A stretch of DNA of 28,150 bases from Opitutales bacterium (GTDB lineage: Bacteria; Verrucomicrobiota; Verrucomicrobiia; Opitutales; UBA953): the NCBI GenBank assembly GCA_040398005.1, contig JBBAUX010000003.1:110150-138299 (forward strand), written 5' to 3'. The notes below the pieces were generated by a model. It was given only the letters and a program-made list of their open reading frames with translations, was not told the DNA's origin and made no database searches. The translations under genes and the position numbers were made by a program. Shown in pieces: positions 1-7,969 of this stretch (positions are counted from its first letter, which is position 1; every line of letters begins with the position of its first letter).

Positions 1-56
1 GGGGAAGAGTAAAATTTATAAATAGGGAAGCGACTTCGTCGCGACGGGACCTCCCC

Positions 57-88
57 TTGTCACCATGCCCACTTGCCCACGTGCCCCC
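57..88. repeat. Four imperfect 8-bp tandem repeats just downstream of the tRNA-Ser 3' end
   Basis: ttgtcacc (57-64), atgcccac (65-72), ttgcccac (73-80), gtgccccc (81-88); minus-strand consensus about GTGGGCAN. Confidence 0.55.
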
Positions 89-99
89 TAAATTCTTTC

Positions 100-187
100 T
101 GGCGGAGGGGAAGGGATTCGAACCCCCGGTACCTTGCGGTACATCTGATTTCGAATCAGACGCAATCGACCACTCTGCCACCCCTCC
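100..187 (-). tRNA. tRNA-Ser(CGA), with long variable arm and encoded CCA
   Basis: Reverse complement GGAGGGGTGGCAGAGTGGTCGATTGCG-TCTGA TT CGA AA TCAGA-TGTACCGCAAGGTACC-GGGGGTTCGAATCCCTT-CCCCTCC-G-CCA; full cloverleaf. Confidence 0.97.
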
Positions 188-293
188 ATTCCAGTACAAT
201 TGAGGAAGTCTGATGCCGTGATGTGGGCAAGCGGAAAGTGGACAATCTCTTATCCCCTGCCCGCCTTACACACAATAAGTCCAACCAATCAGA

Positions 294-887
294 CTAAAAG
301 CCGATTGAATTTCTGGAACCTTGTTTGGTAATCGTCTTCTCTTCTTCCCAAACAGCGAGTCCGGTTTTAACTTCAGTTAAGGAGAGTTGGAAAATATAAG
401 ACGCTTGTTGCACGCCTCTGGCCGAGGCACGGTTTTCTAAAATTTTTCCGGAGAGTGTGTAATCAGGAAGAAGTGGCTTAGCTGATTCACCGGTGACTGC
501 AGCCTGACTTTTACGCGCTTCAGCAGCAGCTTGATCTTCGGGGCCACCAAATCCAATCGCCTTCGCTACACGAACTTTTCCACTCTTGGTTAAAGAAACG
601 GTCATCTTTTTTACCAACTGGCTGGTATCAAAATTACTTCCAGTGTCATTGGTTACACGACCCACCATTAAAATAGGAGAGCCGTCAGGACGCTTCGCAC
701 CGACAAAAGCTGGCGAGTCGTAAAGCGATTTCAGCATCGTGTCAGCGGCGAGGGCGAAGTCTTGAACGTTCACCGCATCTAAGCTCACAATCCCGCTACC
801 ATCATTGGCCTCGATATAACCGGCGTCGCGGGGAGATGAACAACCTGCGAGAGATAAGAGTGCAGCGGAGAGGAGTAATTTTTTCAT
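294..887 (-). CDS. lpoB: LpoB-family (penicillin-binding protein activator-like) lipoprotein
   Basis: Lipobox LAGC; segments ILMVGRVTNDT, PDYTLSGKI and YIFQLSLTEVKTGLAVWEEEKTITK are typical of the LpoB/CsgG-like fold; ATGA overlap with the upstream gene. Confidence 0.75.
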   Translation of the reverse strand: MKKLLLSAALLSLAGCSSPRDAGYIEANDGSGIVSLDAVNVQDFALAADTMLKSLYDSPAFVGAKRPDGSPILMVGRVTNDTGSNFDTSQLVKKMTVSLTKSGKVRVAKAIGFGGPEDQAAAEARKSQAAVTGESAKPLLPDYTLSGKILENRASARGVQQASYIFQLSLTEVKTGLAVWEEEKTITKQGSRNSIGF

Positions 888-2362
888 GGGTTGAGAATAA
901 TTTTGTGGAGGGAAAGTAGACCGCCTTTAGCCGGCGTTTTACAGTATAATATTAAAGACTTTGCGTTAGGAACTGTAAATGAGATGGGCGGACGGGCGAG
1001 GCTATTCTGGATATTAATTTTCTCCGAAGTGGGAATCACCATCCTCACCATACTAATATTTTTGGGCAAAGTAGCCCAATTTCTGAGGTCAGCCTGCGCC
1101 GATTGAGTCGTATACGCATTCGTGGCAATAATTGTAGCTAAATATAACAGTCCCGCTCCTTGCGTGCCGTGTCGTCGATTATTTTCCTCCGCAGCTTTAT
1201 TAGCAACATAGCCAGCGATTCCTTTAATGGTCGCCGAGGCCACCGCGCGCGTCTTCACAATGGGGAGTTCGTCATTGAATTCTCTAGCAACCATTCCGTC
1301 GACACTCGCCAGCAGTGTAGGATTAAAAGTTTCTGACTTATACTTTATCGCTAATGTATCTTGATTGGGCACTGGAGAGATCTTTGGAAAAGCCACGGTC
1401 ACGATAGGCGCATTGCGATCAATGATGATGAGCGGGAGCTGAAATTTATGCTCATTCCATACTGGTGCTTCGCCGGTTTCATGTACCACGTAAATAATAC
1501 ATTTACCTTCGACTGTAGGTCGACTGCCCGATGTGGCTGCCCAAACGGCATCTTCCTTAATAGATGGATTTTGTGGAGCTAACGCCTGGGCACGCTCGAG
1601 TGACTTCCGTGCTTTTTCAACATCCTCAATTCCTTGGGCGGTGTGTAAAAAGAAAACTCCGTGCAACCAGACTGAAAGTGGGTTCATGTAGTCTTGATAA
1701 ACCGGCAAGCCGACGAAATCAGCCGCACCTTCCGACATCGCATTACTGACTTCATAACTTCTCACCAGTCGACCCGAAGCTCCATCGGACGCATCAACAT
1801 TTCCCATCTCCTCCCGTGCGATGCGTTGTTTTTCTGCGACCATACGCTTGGCATCTTCCTGCCTAAATAATGCACGATTCAGCGCAATCCGGGCCTTGGC
1901 TTGATCTCCAAGTTCTAAATAATTCAAGGCCCGATAAGTGGCCGTCATGATGCGGTCGTAGGATCGACCGCGATAAGGTAAGGCATACGGGTTTGAAAAC
2001 GCCGAGATACTTTCAGCACTTAATGAAATCTCAGCGCTAGCATCGTAACCCTGAAATAGATTTTCGACTGACTCAAAAGTATCAACGCTCGCTTTAATTT
2101 TTCCGGCCTCACGTTGCACATTCGCCAACTGTAATTTTAAAACCACCTCATTTTCGGGGGTGGCCTGAGCGACGAGCGATTGAGCCTTAACTAAGGAGTT
2201 ATCATAATCCCCTGAAGAATAAAGTGTCTGAAAGTTTTGCGCGGAATGCGTATAATTTGAAGCACAACCCGTTAGCACTGATATGAGAATTAAGAAGAGC
2301 GCTCGCTTAAAATACTGTGATGAACTTCTAAGGGACACGTCAATGAGCTGTAAGCTAAGCAA
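884..2362 (-). CDS. COG3014-like TPR-containing lipoprotein
   Basis: Lipobox LTGC; helical TPR-like N-terminal half; YRGRSYDRIM..YRALNYL and ADLRNWATLP motifs; lies next to the lpoB-like gene. The true start may be slightly downstream of the TTG at 2362. Confidence 0.7.
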   Translation of the reverse strand: MLSLQLIDVSLRSSSQYFKRALFLILISVLTGCASNYTHSAQNFQTLYSSGDYDNSLVKAQSLVAQATPENEVVLKLQLANVQREAGKIKASVDTFESVENLFQGYDASAEISLSAESISAFSNPYALPYRGRSYDRIMTATYRALNYLELGDQAKARIALNRALFRQEDAKRMVAEKQRIAREEMGNVDASDGASGRLVRSYEVSNAMSEGAADFVGLPVYQDYMNPLSVWLHGVFFLHTAQGIEDVEKARKSLERAQALAPQNPSIKEDAVWAATSGSRPTVEGKCIIYVVHETGEAPVWNEHKFQLPLIIIDRNAPIVTVAFPKISPVPNQDTLAIKYKSETFNPTLLASVDGMVAREFNDELPIVKTRAVASATIKGIAGYVANKAAEENNRRHGTQGAGLLYLATIIATNAYTTQSAQADLRNWATLPKNISMVRMVIPTSEKINIQNSLARPPISFTVPNAKSLILYCKTPAKGGLLSLHKIILNP

Positions 2363-2425
2363 CCATAGTTCACGCCTGACCTGATTGCATCAACTTTAAT
2401 GTAGTAACGACAAACAAAAATGCAC

Positions 2426-2452
2426 AAAAAAGGGCCGCATTGAATGCGGCCC
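2426..2452 (-). terminator. Rho-independent terminator after the PEGA lipoprotein gene
   Basis: Plus strand GGGCCGCAT-tga-ATGCGGCCC preceded by an A-tract (U-tract on the minus strand). Confidence 0.8.
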
Positions 2453-2478
2453 CTTGGAAGCTCTATTTGTTTTTTCAA

Positions 2479-2904
2479 TTATCTATTAGGTTCTGACATA
2501 CCAACAGATTTGGTGTCCGGTTGGTTTCTTTCAAGAATCACCATCAATGGGTTAGGCTTATGCTCATACATTGCACCAGTACCTGCATCTATACCTGCAC
2601 CAACAATGCCGCCAAAAATAACATTACCAGCCATTGCTGTGCCACCGCCACCACCAACTTCAGAGTTTAAAACAACTGTACGGCTGATATAACCAGGTTT
2701 GCTAATCATAACCGTGACGGTATCCCTACGGCCTACCTCAAAACTTGCAGGGGTGCGACCGGTCATACCAGTAGATAGACGCACATCAGCATCCTGTGGG
2801 GACGAATCAACGACTACCACCTCTTTAGAGCCACGTGTAATTGAGGCACAGCCAGTAAAAACAATTACGGCTACAGTTACTAAGATATTAATTATGTTTT
2901 TCAT
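2479..2904 (-). CDS. PEGA-domain lipoprotein with glycine-zipper-like C-terminus
   Basis: Lipobox FTGC; VDSSPQDADV...GRTPASF...ISKPGY PEGA pattern; GNVIFGGIVGAGIDAGTGA. Confidence 0.75.
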   Translation of the reverse strand: MKNIINILVTVAVIVFTGCASITRGSKEVVVVDSSPQDADVRLSTGMTGRTPASFEVGRRDTVTVMISKPGYISRTVVLNSEVGGGGGTAMAGNVIFGGIVGAGIDAGTGAMYEHKPNPLMVILERNQPDTKSVGMSEPNR

Positions 2905-2910
2905 TTTTTA

Positions 2911-2939
2911 ATTAAGAAGCCCGACCTTTCGGTCGGGCT
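2911..2939 (-). terminator. Hairpin/terminator after the outer-membrane protein gene
   Basis: Minus strand AGCCCGACC-GAAA-GGTCGGGCT followed by TCTTAATT (imperfect U-tract). Confidence 0.7.
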
Positions 2940-2965
2940 CTTGCTAGAAGTATTGATCCTATATT

Positions 2966-3604
2966 TTAGAAGTTGTATCCGACGGAAACGCCGAATTTAT
3001 CGCCACCTGCATTTTCATTCTGAAATGCGTAATTAAGAGACAAATCAAGATTGTTGGTGATATTGTATCTTAAGCCAATGTTGTATGAATTTGTCGTAGA
3101 ATCGATGCTGTCAGCGCCCACGATTGATCCATTAGTAGCGATAAGTCCGATTTTGGTATCAAGGCGAGAGTAACCAACCGAGAATTCGATTTGTTTGTTT
3201 ATTGCTTGGCGATAGTTAATGCTAAAGCCTTTTTGCTCTGCACTGGCTAAGCCTGATGCATTATAATTATCGAAATCACCATAAATTGTGCCCGTTTTAT
3301 AGGCGTAGCCAATAGCGAGATCGCCAGGACCGACATTAAATTTATAAGCTAAACCAAAGCCGGAAAGTTTTCCGCTTAATCCCGCTGCATCACCTTTAGC
3401 CTTAACATCATCATAAATGCCAGAAATAATAAATGAACCACCCAAGAGAGCAGATCCAGTTACGTTGTAACCTTTAAGGGTGTCATCAGCTGAATAGCCA
3501 ACGGCGATACGGTTATAGTTGAGACCAGATTTTGCGGCTGGTGCGGTTTGTGCAAAGGCTGGGGTAACAGCAGCTGCGAGGAGGAGTAGGTATAATGATT
3601 TCAT
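2966..3604 (-). CDS. Outer-membrane beta-barrel protein (Ax21/porin-like)
   Basis: Signal peptide ending AFA; GLNYNRIAVGY N-terminal strand; alternating beta strands; C-terminal GVSVGYNF beta-signal ending in Phe. Confidence 0.8.
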   Translation of the reverse strand: MKSLYLLLLAAAVTPAFAQTAPAAKSGLNYNRIAVGYSADDTLKGYNVTGSALLGGSFIISGIYDDVKAKGDAAGLSGKLSGFGLAYKFNVGPGDLAIGYAYKTGTIYGDFDNYNASGLASAEQKGFSINYRQAINKQIEFSVGYSRLDTKIGLIATNGSIVGADSIDSTTNSYNIGLRYNITNNLDLSLNYAFQNENAGGDKFGVSVGYNF

Positions 3605-3650
3605 GCGGGTTCTTTTTTATGAAAAGAACCTAGGGTCGCAAGGTAAATTA

Positions 3651-3668
3651 TGCTATAATTATATTATA
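3651..3668. promoter_or_regulatory. Overlapping divergent -10 boxes between the OMP gene and the T2SS operon
   Basis: Extended -10 TGCTATAAT on + (3651-3659); TATAAT on - at 3658-3663 and 3663-3668; the context is AT-rich, so these are partly expected by chance. Confidence 0.4.
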
Positions 3669-3914
3669 AAATTAAAACCACCTTTTACTGCTCAGGGAAT
3701 CTTTTAAACGACCTCTATAAAATTCGTTTGTTTTCCTAAGATTACGTAAAGGCGCCTTGATCAGTATAATCACTTAATCAATAAGGCGCCCCATCACACT
3801 GAAAATCTTCTAAATTACTGCCGTTTTTAGTTTAAACACCCCCCGTAGCAAAGGGTGGACAAGTTGAGGCGAAACCTAAAGGTATATCAGGTGTTCTATA
3901 CACAGAAACATTTC

Positions 3915-4562
3915 ATGTTTTACCCCTCTACCCTAGCCTTTTTGATCTTTACTGGTGTCTCACTCTGCCCTCTTACCGCCAAGGCCGATGTTGACCTTCA
4001 GAGCCTTGTCACCCGCTCCCCCTTCGGCGAAGGAAAGACCGGTGCAGGTGGCGAACGCGTAGGGTCCTTAGAGTTCCGCGGTTACTACGTCGATAACGGT
4101 ATAACTTATTTCAGTATTTATAATCCGTCCTCCAAGTCATCGGTGTGGGTCACCCAAGGCGAAACTTCCTCCAGCCCCTTTGCCGTATCGGTCAAAAACT
4201 TTGATCCCGAAAAAAATGCGGTGACCCTAGAGTCGAGCGGGCAATCCATGCGCATCGTACTTCACGACCCAGTTATTTTAAAAATGGAACTGCCGGCAAC
4301 ACCCGTCGCAACTCCAACTAATAACAATGGCGCCACACCGACGGCAGCAACCACAGTCGTAGGCGGTACAACCGCAGGCCAAGCGCCCACGACCGAACAG
4401 GCCCAAAACTTTAAAGATGCGATGCGGCAACGCTGGCAGGATCGCCAAAATCAAAACAGCGGAAATGATAACAATAAAAATCGCGCAAACAAAGGAGCTG
4501 ACGCTGCGACCCCCACCGAAAATACCAATTCGAATTCCAACCGCAAAAACAAAGCCAACTAA
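3915..4562 (+). CDS. Putative GspC/PilP-like HR-domain protein with a disordered tail
   Basis: First gene of the pseudopilin operon; hydrophobic N-terminus; LEFRGYY...VWVTQGE...SVKNFDPEKNAVTLESSGQSMRIVL beta pattern. ATG at 3915 preferred over GTG at 3855. Confidence 0.55.
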   Translation: MFYPSTLAFLIFTGVSLCPLTAKADVDLQSLVTRSPFGEGKTGAGGERVGSLEFRGYYVDNGITYFSIYNPSSKSSVWVTQGETSSSPFAVSVKNFDPEKNAVTLESSGQSMRIVLHDPVILKMELPATPVATPTNNNGATPTAATTVVGGTTAGQAPTTEQAQNFKDAMRQRWQDRQNQNSGNDNNKNRANKGADAATPTENTNSNSNRKNKAN

Positions 4563-4565
4563 TTT

Positions 4566-5018
4566 ATGGATACTAATAAAAATCACCTCACTCAAATCCA
4601 GCGCACGCGTCGCGGTTTCACCTTACTCGAAATTCTCATCGCCGTGGCCATTGTCGGTATGTTGGTCGGCCTCGCGGTAACCAACACCGATAAAATTCTA
4701 GGACAAAGCCAGGAGGGCGTCGCCAAACTCTTCGTGAACGAATCACTTAAAACATCTCTGGTGCGTTATCGGATCGACTTAGGAGATTACCCATCGACCG
4801 AAGAAGGGATCAAAGCACTCATCACTGCCCCCGAAGGCAAAGCGGATCGCTGGCGCGGACCTTACATGGAAGCTAAAAGTGGAAACCTGCCCGTCGACCC
4901 CTGGGGTCAGGCGTATCAATACCGCTATCCCGGAACACGTAATACCGAATCGTTTGATTTATTTTCGATGGGACGCGATAAAGCTCTAGATACTCCTGAC
5001 GACATTGGAAATTGGTGA
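4566..5018 (+). CDS. gspG: Type II secretion major pseudopilin GspG
   Basis: RRG|FTLLE prepilin motif; YRIDLGDYPSTEEGIKAL, WRGPY, DPWGQAYQYRYPG, FDLFSMGRD...DDIGNW. Confidence 0.95.
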   Translation: MDTNKNHLTQIQRTRRGFTLLEILIAVAIVGMLVGLAVTNTDKILGQSQEGVAKLFVNESLKTSLVRYRIDLGDYPSTEEGIKALITAPEGKADRWRGPYMEAKSGNLPVDPWGQAYQYRYPGTRNTESFDLFSMGRDKALDTPDDIGNW

Positions 5019-5521
5019 GCAAGGGATCTACTCATTTACGGGGCGGTTTCACTCTCCTAGAAACACTTTTAGTTTTAGGCTTAATCAGCATGCTCGCCGC
5101 TGTGCTCATCGGCGGGTCCGCCTCATTACTTAAAGGCACGGCACGCGAAGACCCCGAGGACGCCCTGTTGGCTTTGCTGCAAACGGTTCGACGTGAAGCG
5201 GTCGCTCAAGGAACTACCGTCATTTTAAAAACGGTACCCGACGAAGAAGATCCCGATATCGCCCACTACGCTTGGGGTGAAAATAAAATTGAGCGAATGC
5301 CCATTCTGGCGGGCGTAAAAGTAAAAATCGTTGGACCTGCAGTAAACGCAGCCATCATTCTCGGTGGAGAAATGGAGGAGCTGCCACTCGCTCAGATAAA
5401 ATTTTATCCGGACGGAACCTGTGATCGGTTTCGTTTAGAAATTAGTCGCAGCGCAGCACGGCGCGTTCTGCCGATTGATCCCCTCACCTGCGCGCCTCTG
5501 CCAGCCGAAAAAACTCGATGA
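5012..5521 (+). CDS. gspH: Minor pseudopilin GspH-like
   Basis: RGG|FTLLE motif; VRREAV and IKFYPDG motifs; position after gspG. Confidence 0.8.
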   Translation: MVSKGSTHLRGGFTLLETLLVLGLISMLAAVLIGGSASLLKGTAREDPEDALLALLQTVRREAVAQGTTVILKTVPDEEDPDIAHYAWGENKIERMPILAGVKVKIVGPAVNAAIILGGEMEELPLAQIKFYPDGTCDRFRLEISRSAARRVLPIDPLTCAPLPAEKTR

Positions 5522-6081
5522 GAAAAAACGCTTTTACCCTGATTGAAGTTTTAGTCTCCCTCTCAATATTTGCACTCGCGGCAGTGGGACTCGGGGCGGC
5601 TTATTCCAATGTTTTACTCAGCAGAATGGCGCTCAAAGAAAAAGGAGTGGGCGAGGAAGACTTTGCGCGCTGTCGAGCGGCCATGATTGAGACGGCTAAT
5701 TTCGCCGACATCGAAAAAGGGGGAGATGTTTATCTACCCGATGATCGGATGGCGCGGTGGAAAGGTAAAATTGAACCCACCACGGTAGCAGATTTATTTT
5801 GGATAACCCTCACGGTTGAAATACAAACTACAGCAGGTGGCCCCTATGGAGCACCGCGCGAACAGAGTCAGTGGATTCTTCGGCCCTCCTGGTCGGTCGA
5901 AAGTGACCGCGCCAAACTTTTGTCTGAGGCAAAACAGCGACTACTAAAAACTCGGGGCTACGACGAAGAAACCGGCGGAGGTACCTCTTTTATTAGTAAG
6001 CCGACCCCCAAAAAAGACGCACCCAAAAATAGTTCGGAACCCGTCAAGACGCCCGAAACTAAAAAACCCGTCGCGCAATAA
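5518..6081 (+). CDS. gspI: Minor pseudopilin GspI-like
   Basis: KNA|FTLIEVLVSLSIFA motif; operon position; ATGA overlap. Confidence 0.75.
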   Translation: MRKNAFTLIEVLVSLSIFALAAVGLGAAYSNVLLSRMALKEKGVGEEDFARCRAAMIETANFADIEKGGDVYLPDDRMARWKGKIEPTTVADLFWITLTVEIQTTAGGPYGAPREQSQWILRPSWSVESDRAKLLSEAKQRLLKTRGYDEETGGGTSFISKPTPKKDAPKNSSEPVKTPETKKPVAQ

Positions 6082-6725
6082 TGATTTTAAATCAAAATCA
6101 TAAAGGGTTTACCTTGCTCGAAACTTTAGTTTCTCTGGCCCTGTTAGGAATTTTGATGGTGGCCCTAAATACTTTCTTGTTTTCGATGAGTGAACTCTGG
6201 GGCGGAGGACGCGACCAACGCCTTTTTGATCAACACGTGCGGGCTGCGAATCGAATTTTAAAAGAAACCCTCACGCAAACTACCGTTGGGCCCGGGGCAG
6301 TGGGTTGCACAATCAAAGACGTCACCGATAGTGAGGGTGTCGTGGCTCCGCGTTTAACTTTTTTACTTATCGATGCCGGGCGTTTAGCTGATTGGCCCGA
6401 CGCTCCTTTGCCCGACGTAGATTTCTCACTCACGGTTAATCCAGAACGGGGATTGATTTTGCAATGGCAATCACGGTTGGAGTTAGAGCGAGATTTAAAT
6501 GATATTCACGAAACCGTCTTATCACCCTTTGCTAAGTCTATTGCGTACGACTATTTTGATGGTGATCTAAAAAAGTGGAAAAGTGAAGAGACCCCGATTC
6601 GAGATGCTTCCGGGAGCGTCTATCAACAGCCAGCCCGGGTGCGGATTCGTTATGCCCATGGAAATTTCAAAACTGAAACGGTGATTGATATACCTATTCG
6701 TCGTCGAGGGGCGAGCCGACCATGA
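6081..6725 (+). CDS. gspJ: Minor pseudopilin GspJ-like
   Basis: HKG|FTLLETLVSL motif; C-terminal PARVRIRY; operon position. Confidence 0.75.
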   Translation: MILNQNHKGFTLLETLVSLALLGILMVALNTFLFSMSELWGGGRDQRLFDQHVRAANRILKETLTQTTVGPGAVGCTIKDVTDSEGVVAPRLTFLLIDAGRLADWPDAPLPDVDFSLTVNPERGLILQWQSRLELERDLNDIHETVLSPFAKSIAYDYFDGDLKKWKSEETPIRDASGSVYQQPARVRIRYAHGNFKTETVIDIPIRRRGASRP

Positions 6726-7969
6726 AACTAAAAAACCGCAAAGGCTCGGTCATCATTGTTGTTTTAGTGTTAATCACTCTAGCGTCGCTCCTGCTGGCAC
6801 GCTTCATGGAAGATAATTCCTTGGAGCTTTCCATGTCGATGCACGAAGTAGACCGCCAAAGATTACGAGTCGAGGCGATGTCAGAAATGGAATTGGCCCT
6901 CGGAGTGATTAATGAAATTCGGGCCATCGATTTGAATAAAATTCACGCCCCCAGCCAAGGCTTCGCAGATCCTCATGCCTACATCGGTATTCCGCCCCGC
7001 GAAGGCTTAGAGGTTAAATTTGAGTATGAAGATGAAAGTGGTAAGTTGCCGCTATCGAGCATGGATAAAAATGGCTTAATCCAATTACTCTATGCGCTCG
7101 GACTAGAACAACGAGATGCCGAACGCGTTTCCGATGCGTTGATTGCGTGGACTAATAAAAAATATGAATCCATCGAAGAAGAGGCGACTGATGCGACCTA
7201 CCAGCGTGCTAAACTTTCCTTTAAGCCAGCGCGTCGGGCCCTACGATCGTTTGAAGAATTAAGAACCATCGGGGTCGCCCAAGATTTCTTTTTTGATCAA
7301 AACGGAAATGAGACTCCGCTACTCACTTCCTTTAAAGAGTGCGTCAGCCTCTATACCTTTGGTGATACCAATATTAATACTGCATCGGACGCATTGCTTT
7401 ACGCTCAAGGACTCGATGAGCGTCAGGTTGCATTAATTCGGGAGAAACAAGCCAACATGAAGCAGAATATTGCGGGCAGCCCTCCCTATTTTCGAGTGAC
7501 TCGCGAAGTGAGAACCCTCATCGGCGGAGCTGCGCCCTTAAAAGGCTTTGATGATGAAATTCATCTCATGTGGATACGCGTGACCGTTAAAGAAGGTCAG
7601 GCTAAATGCCGACTAAACGCACTCGTTTCCGTTCGTGATGACGTGACTTATGCTGGCCCCGTTGAAGACCCTAGCACGGTCACCGCCATGGACGCTAAAA
7701 GCACCACGGGCGCACGAAACTTTACCTCAAATACAAAATCCTCCACGGCCGCTGATGGTACGGCCTCAAATAATTCATCGGGAACCTCGACAACCTCAAG
7801 CGGGTCTACTTTATTAAGACGCAACACTTTCATCACCCCCGGCGTCATCCTCGGCACTGCCAGTAGTGTCTCACTAGGAGGACGCACGACCGCCCAAACT
7901 ATCAACTACCCTTTTAGAATTCTCGCCTGGTCCGAAGACAATGGACCGCCCTCACCCACCTCAAAATAA
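6722..7969 (+). CDS. gspK: Minor pseudopilin GspK
   Basis: RKG|SVIIVVL lacking Glu5 (a GspK hallmark); EDESGKLPL, DALIAW, LRSFEEL and NINTASDALL motifs. Confidence 0.88.
   Translation: MKLKNRKGSVIIVVLVLITLASLLLARFMEDNSLELSMSMHEVDRQRLRVEAMSEMELALGVINEIRAIDLNKIHAPSQGFADPHAYIGIPPREGLEVKFEYEDESGKLPLSSMDKNGLIQLLYALGLEQRDAERVSDALIAWTNKKYESIEEEATDATYQRAKLSFKPARRALRSFEELRTIGVAQDFFFDQNGNETPLLTSFKECVSLYTFGDTNINTASDALLYAQGLDERQVALIREKQANMKQNIAGSPPYFRVTREVRTLIGGAAPLKGFDDEIHLMWIRVTVKEGQAKCRLNALVSVRDDVTYAGPVEDPSTVTAMDAKSTTGARNFTSNTKSSTAADGTASNNSSGTSTTSSGSTLLRRNTFITPGVILGTASSVSLGGRTTAQTINYPFRILAWSEDNGPPSPTSK

Noticed and set aside
3631..3658. dif-like site (ttatgctataa resembles a XerD arm)
   Set aside because: The putative XerC arm lacks the ATAA core, and the match is explained by AT-rich promoter DNA
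5518..5545. Defective prepilin cleavage site in GspI (Ala at -1)
   Set aside because: Ala at -1 is a tolerated variant, and the FTLIE motif is intact
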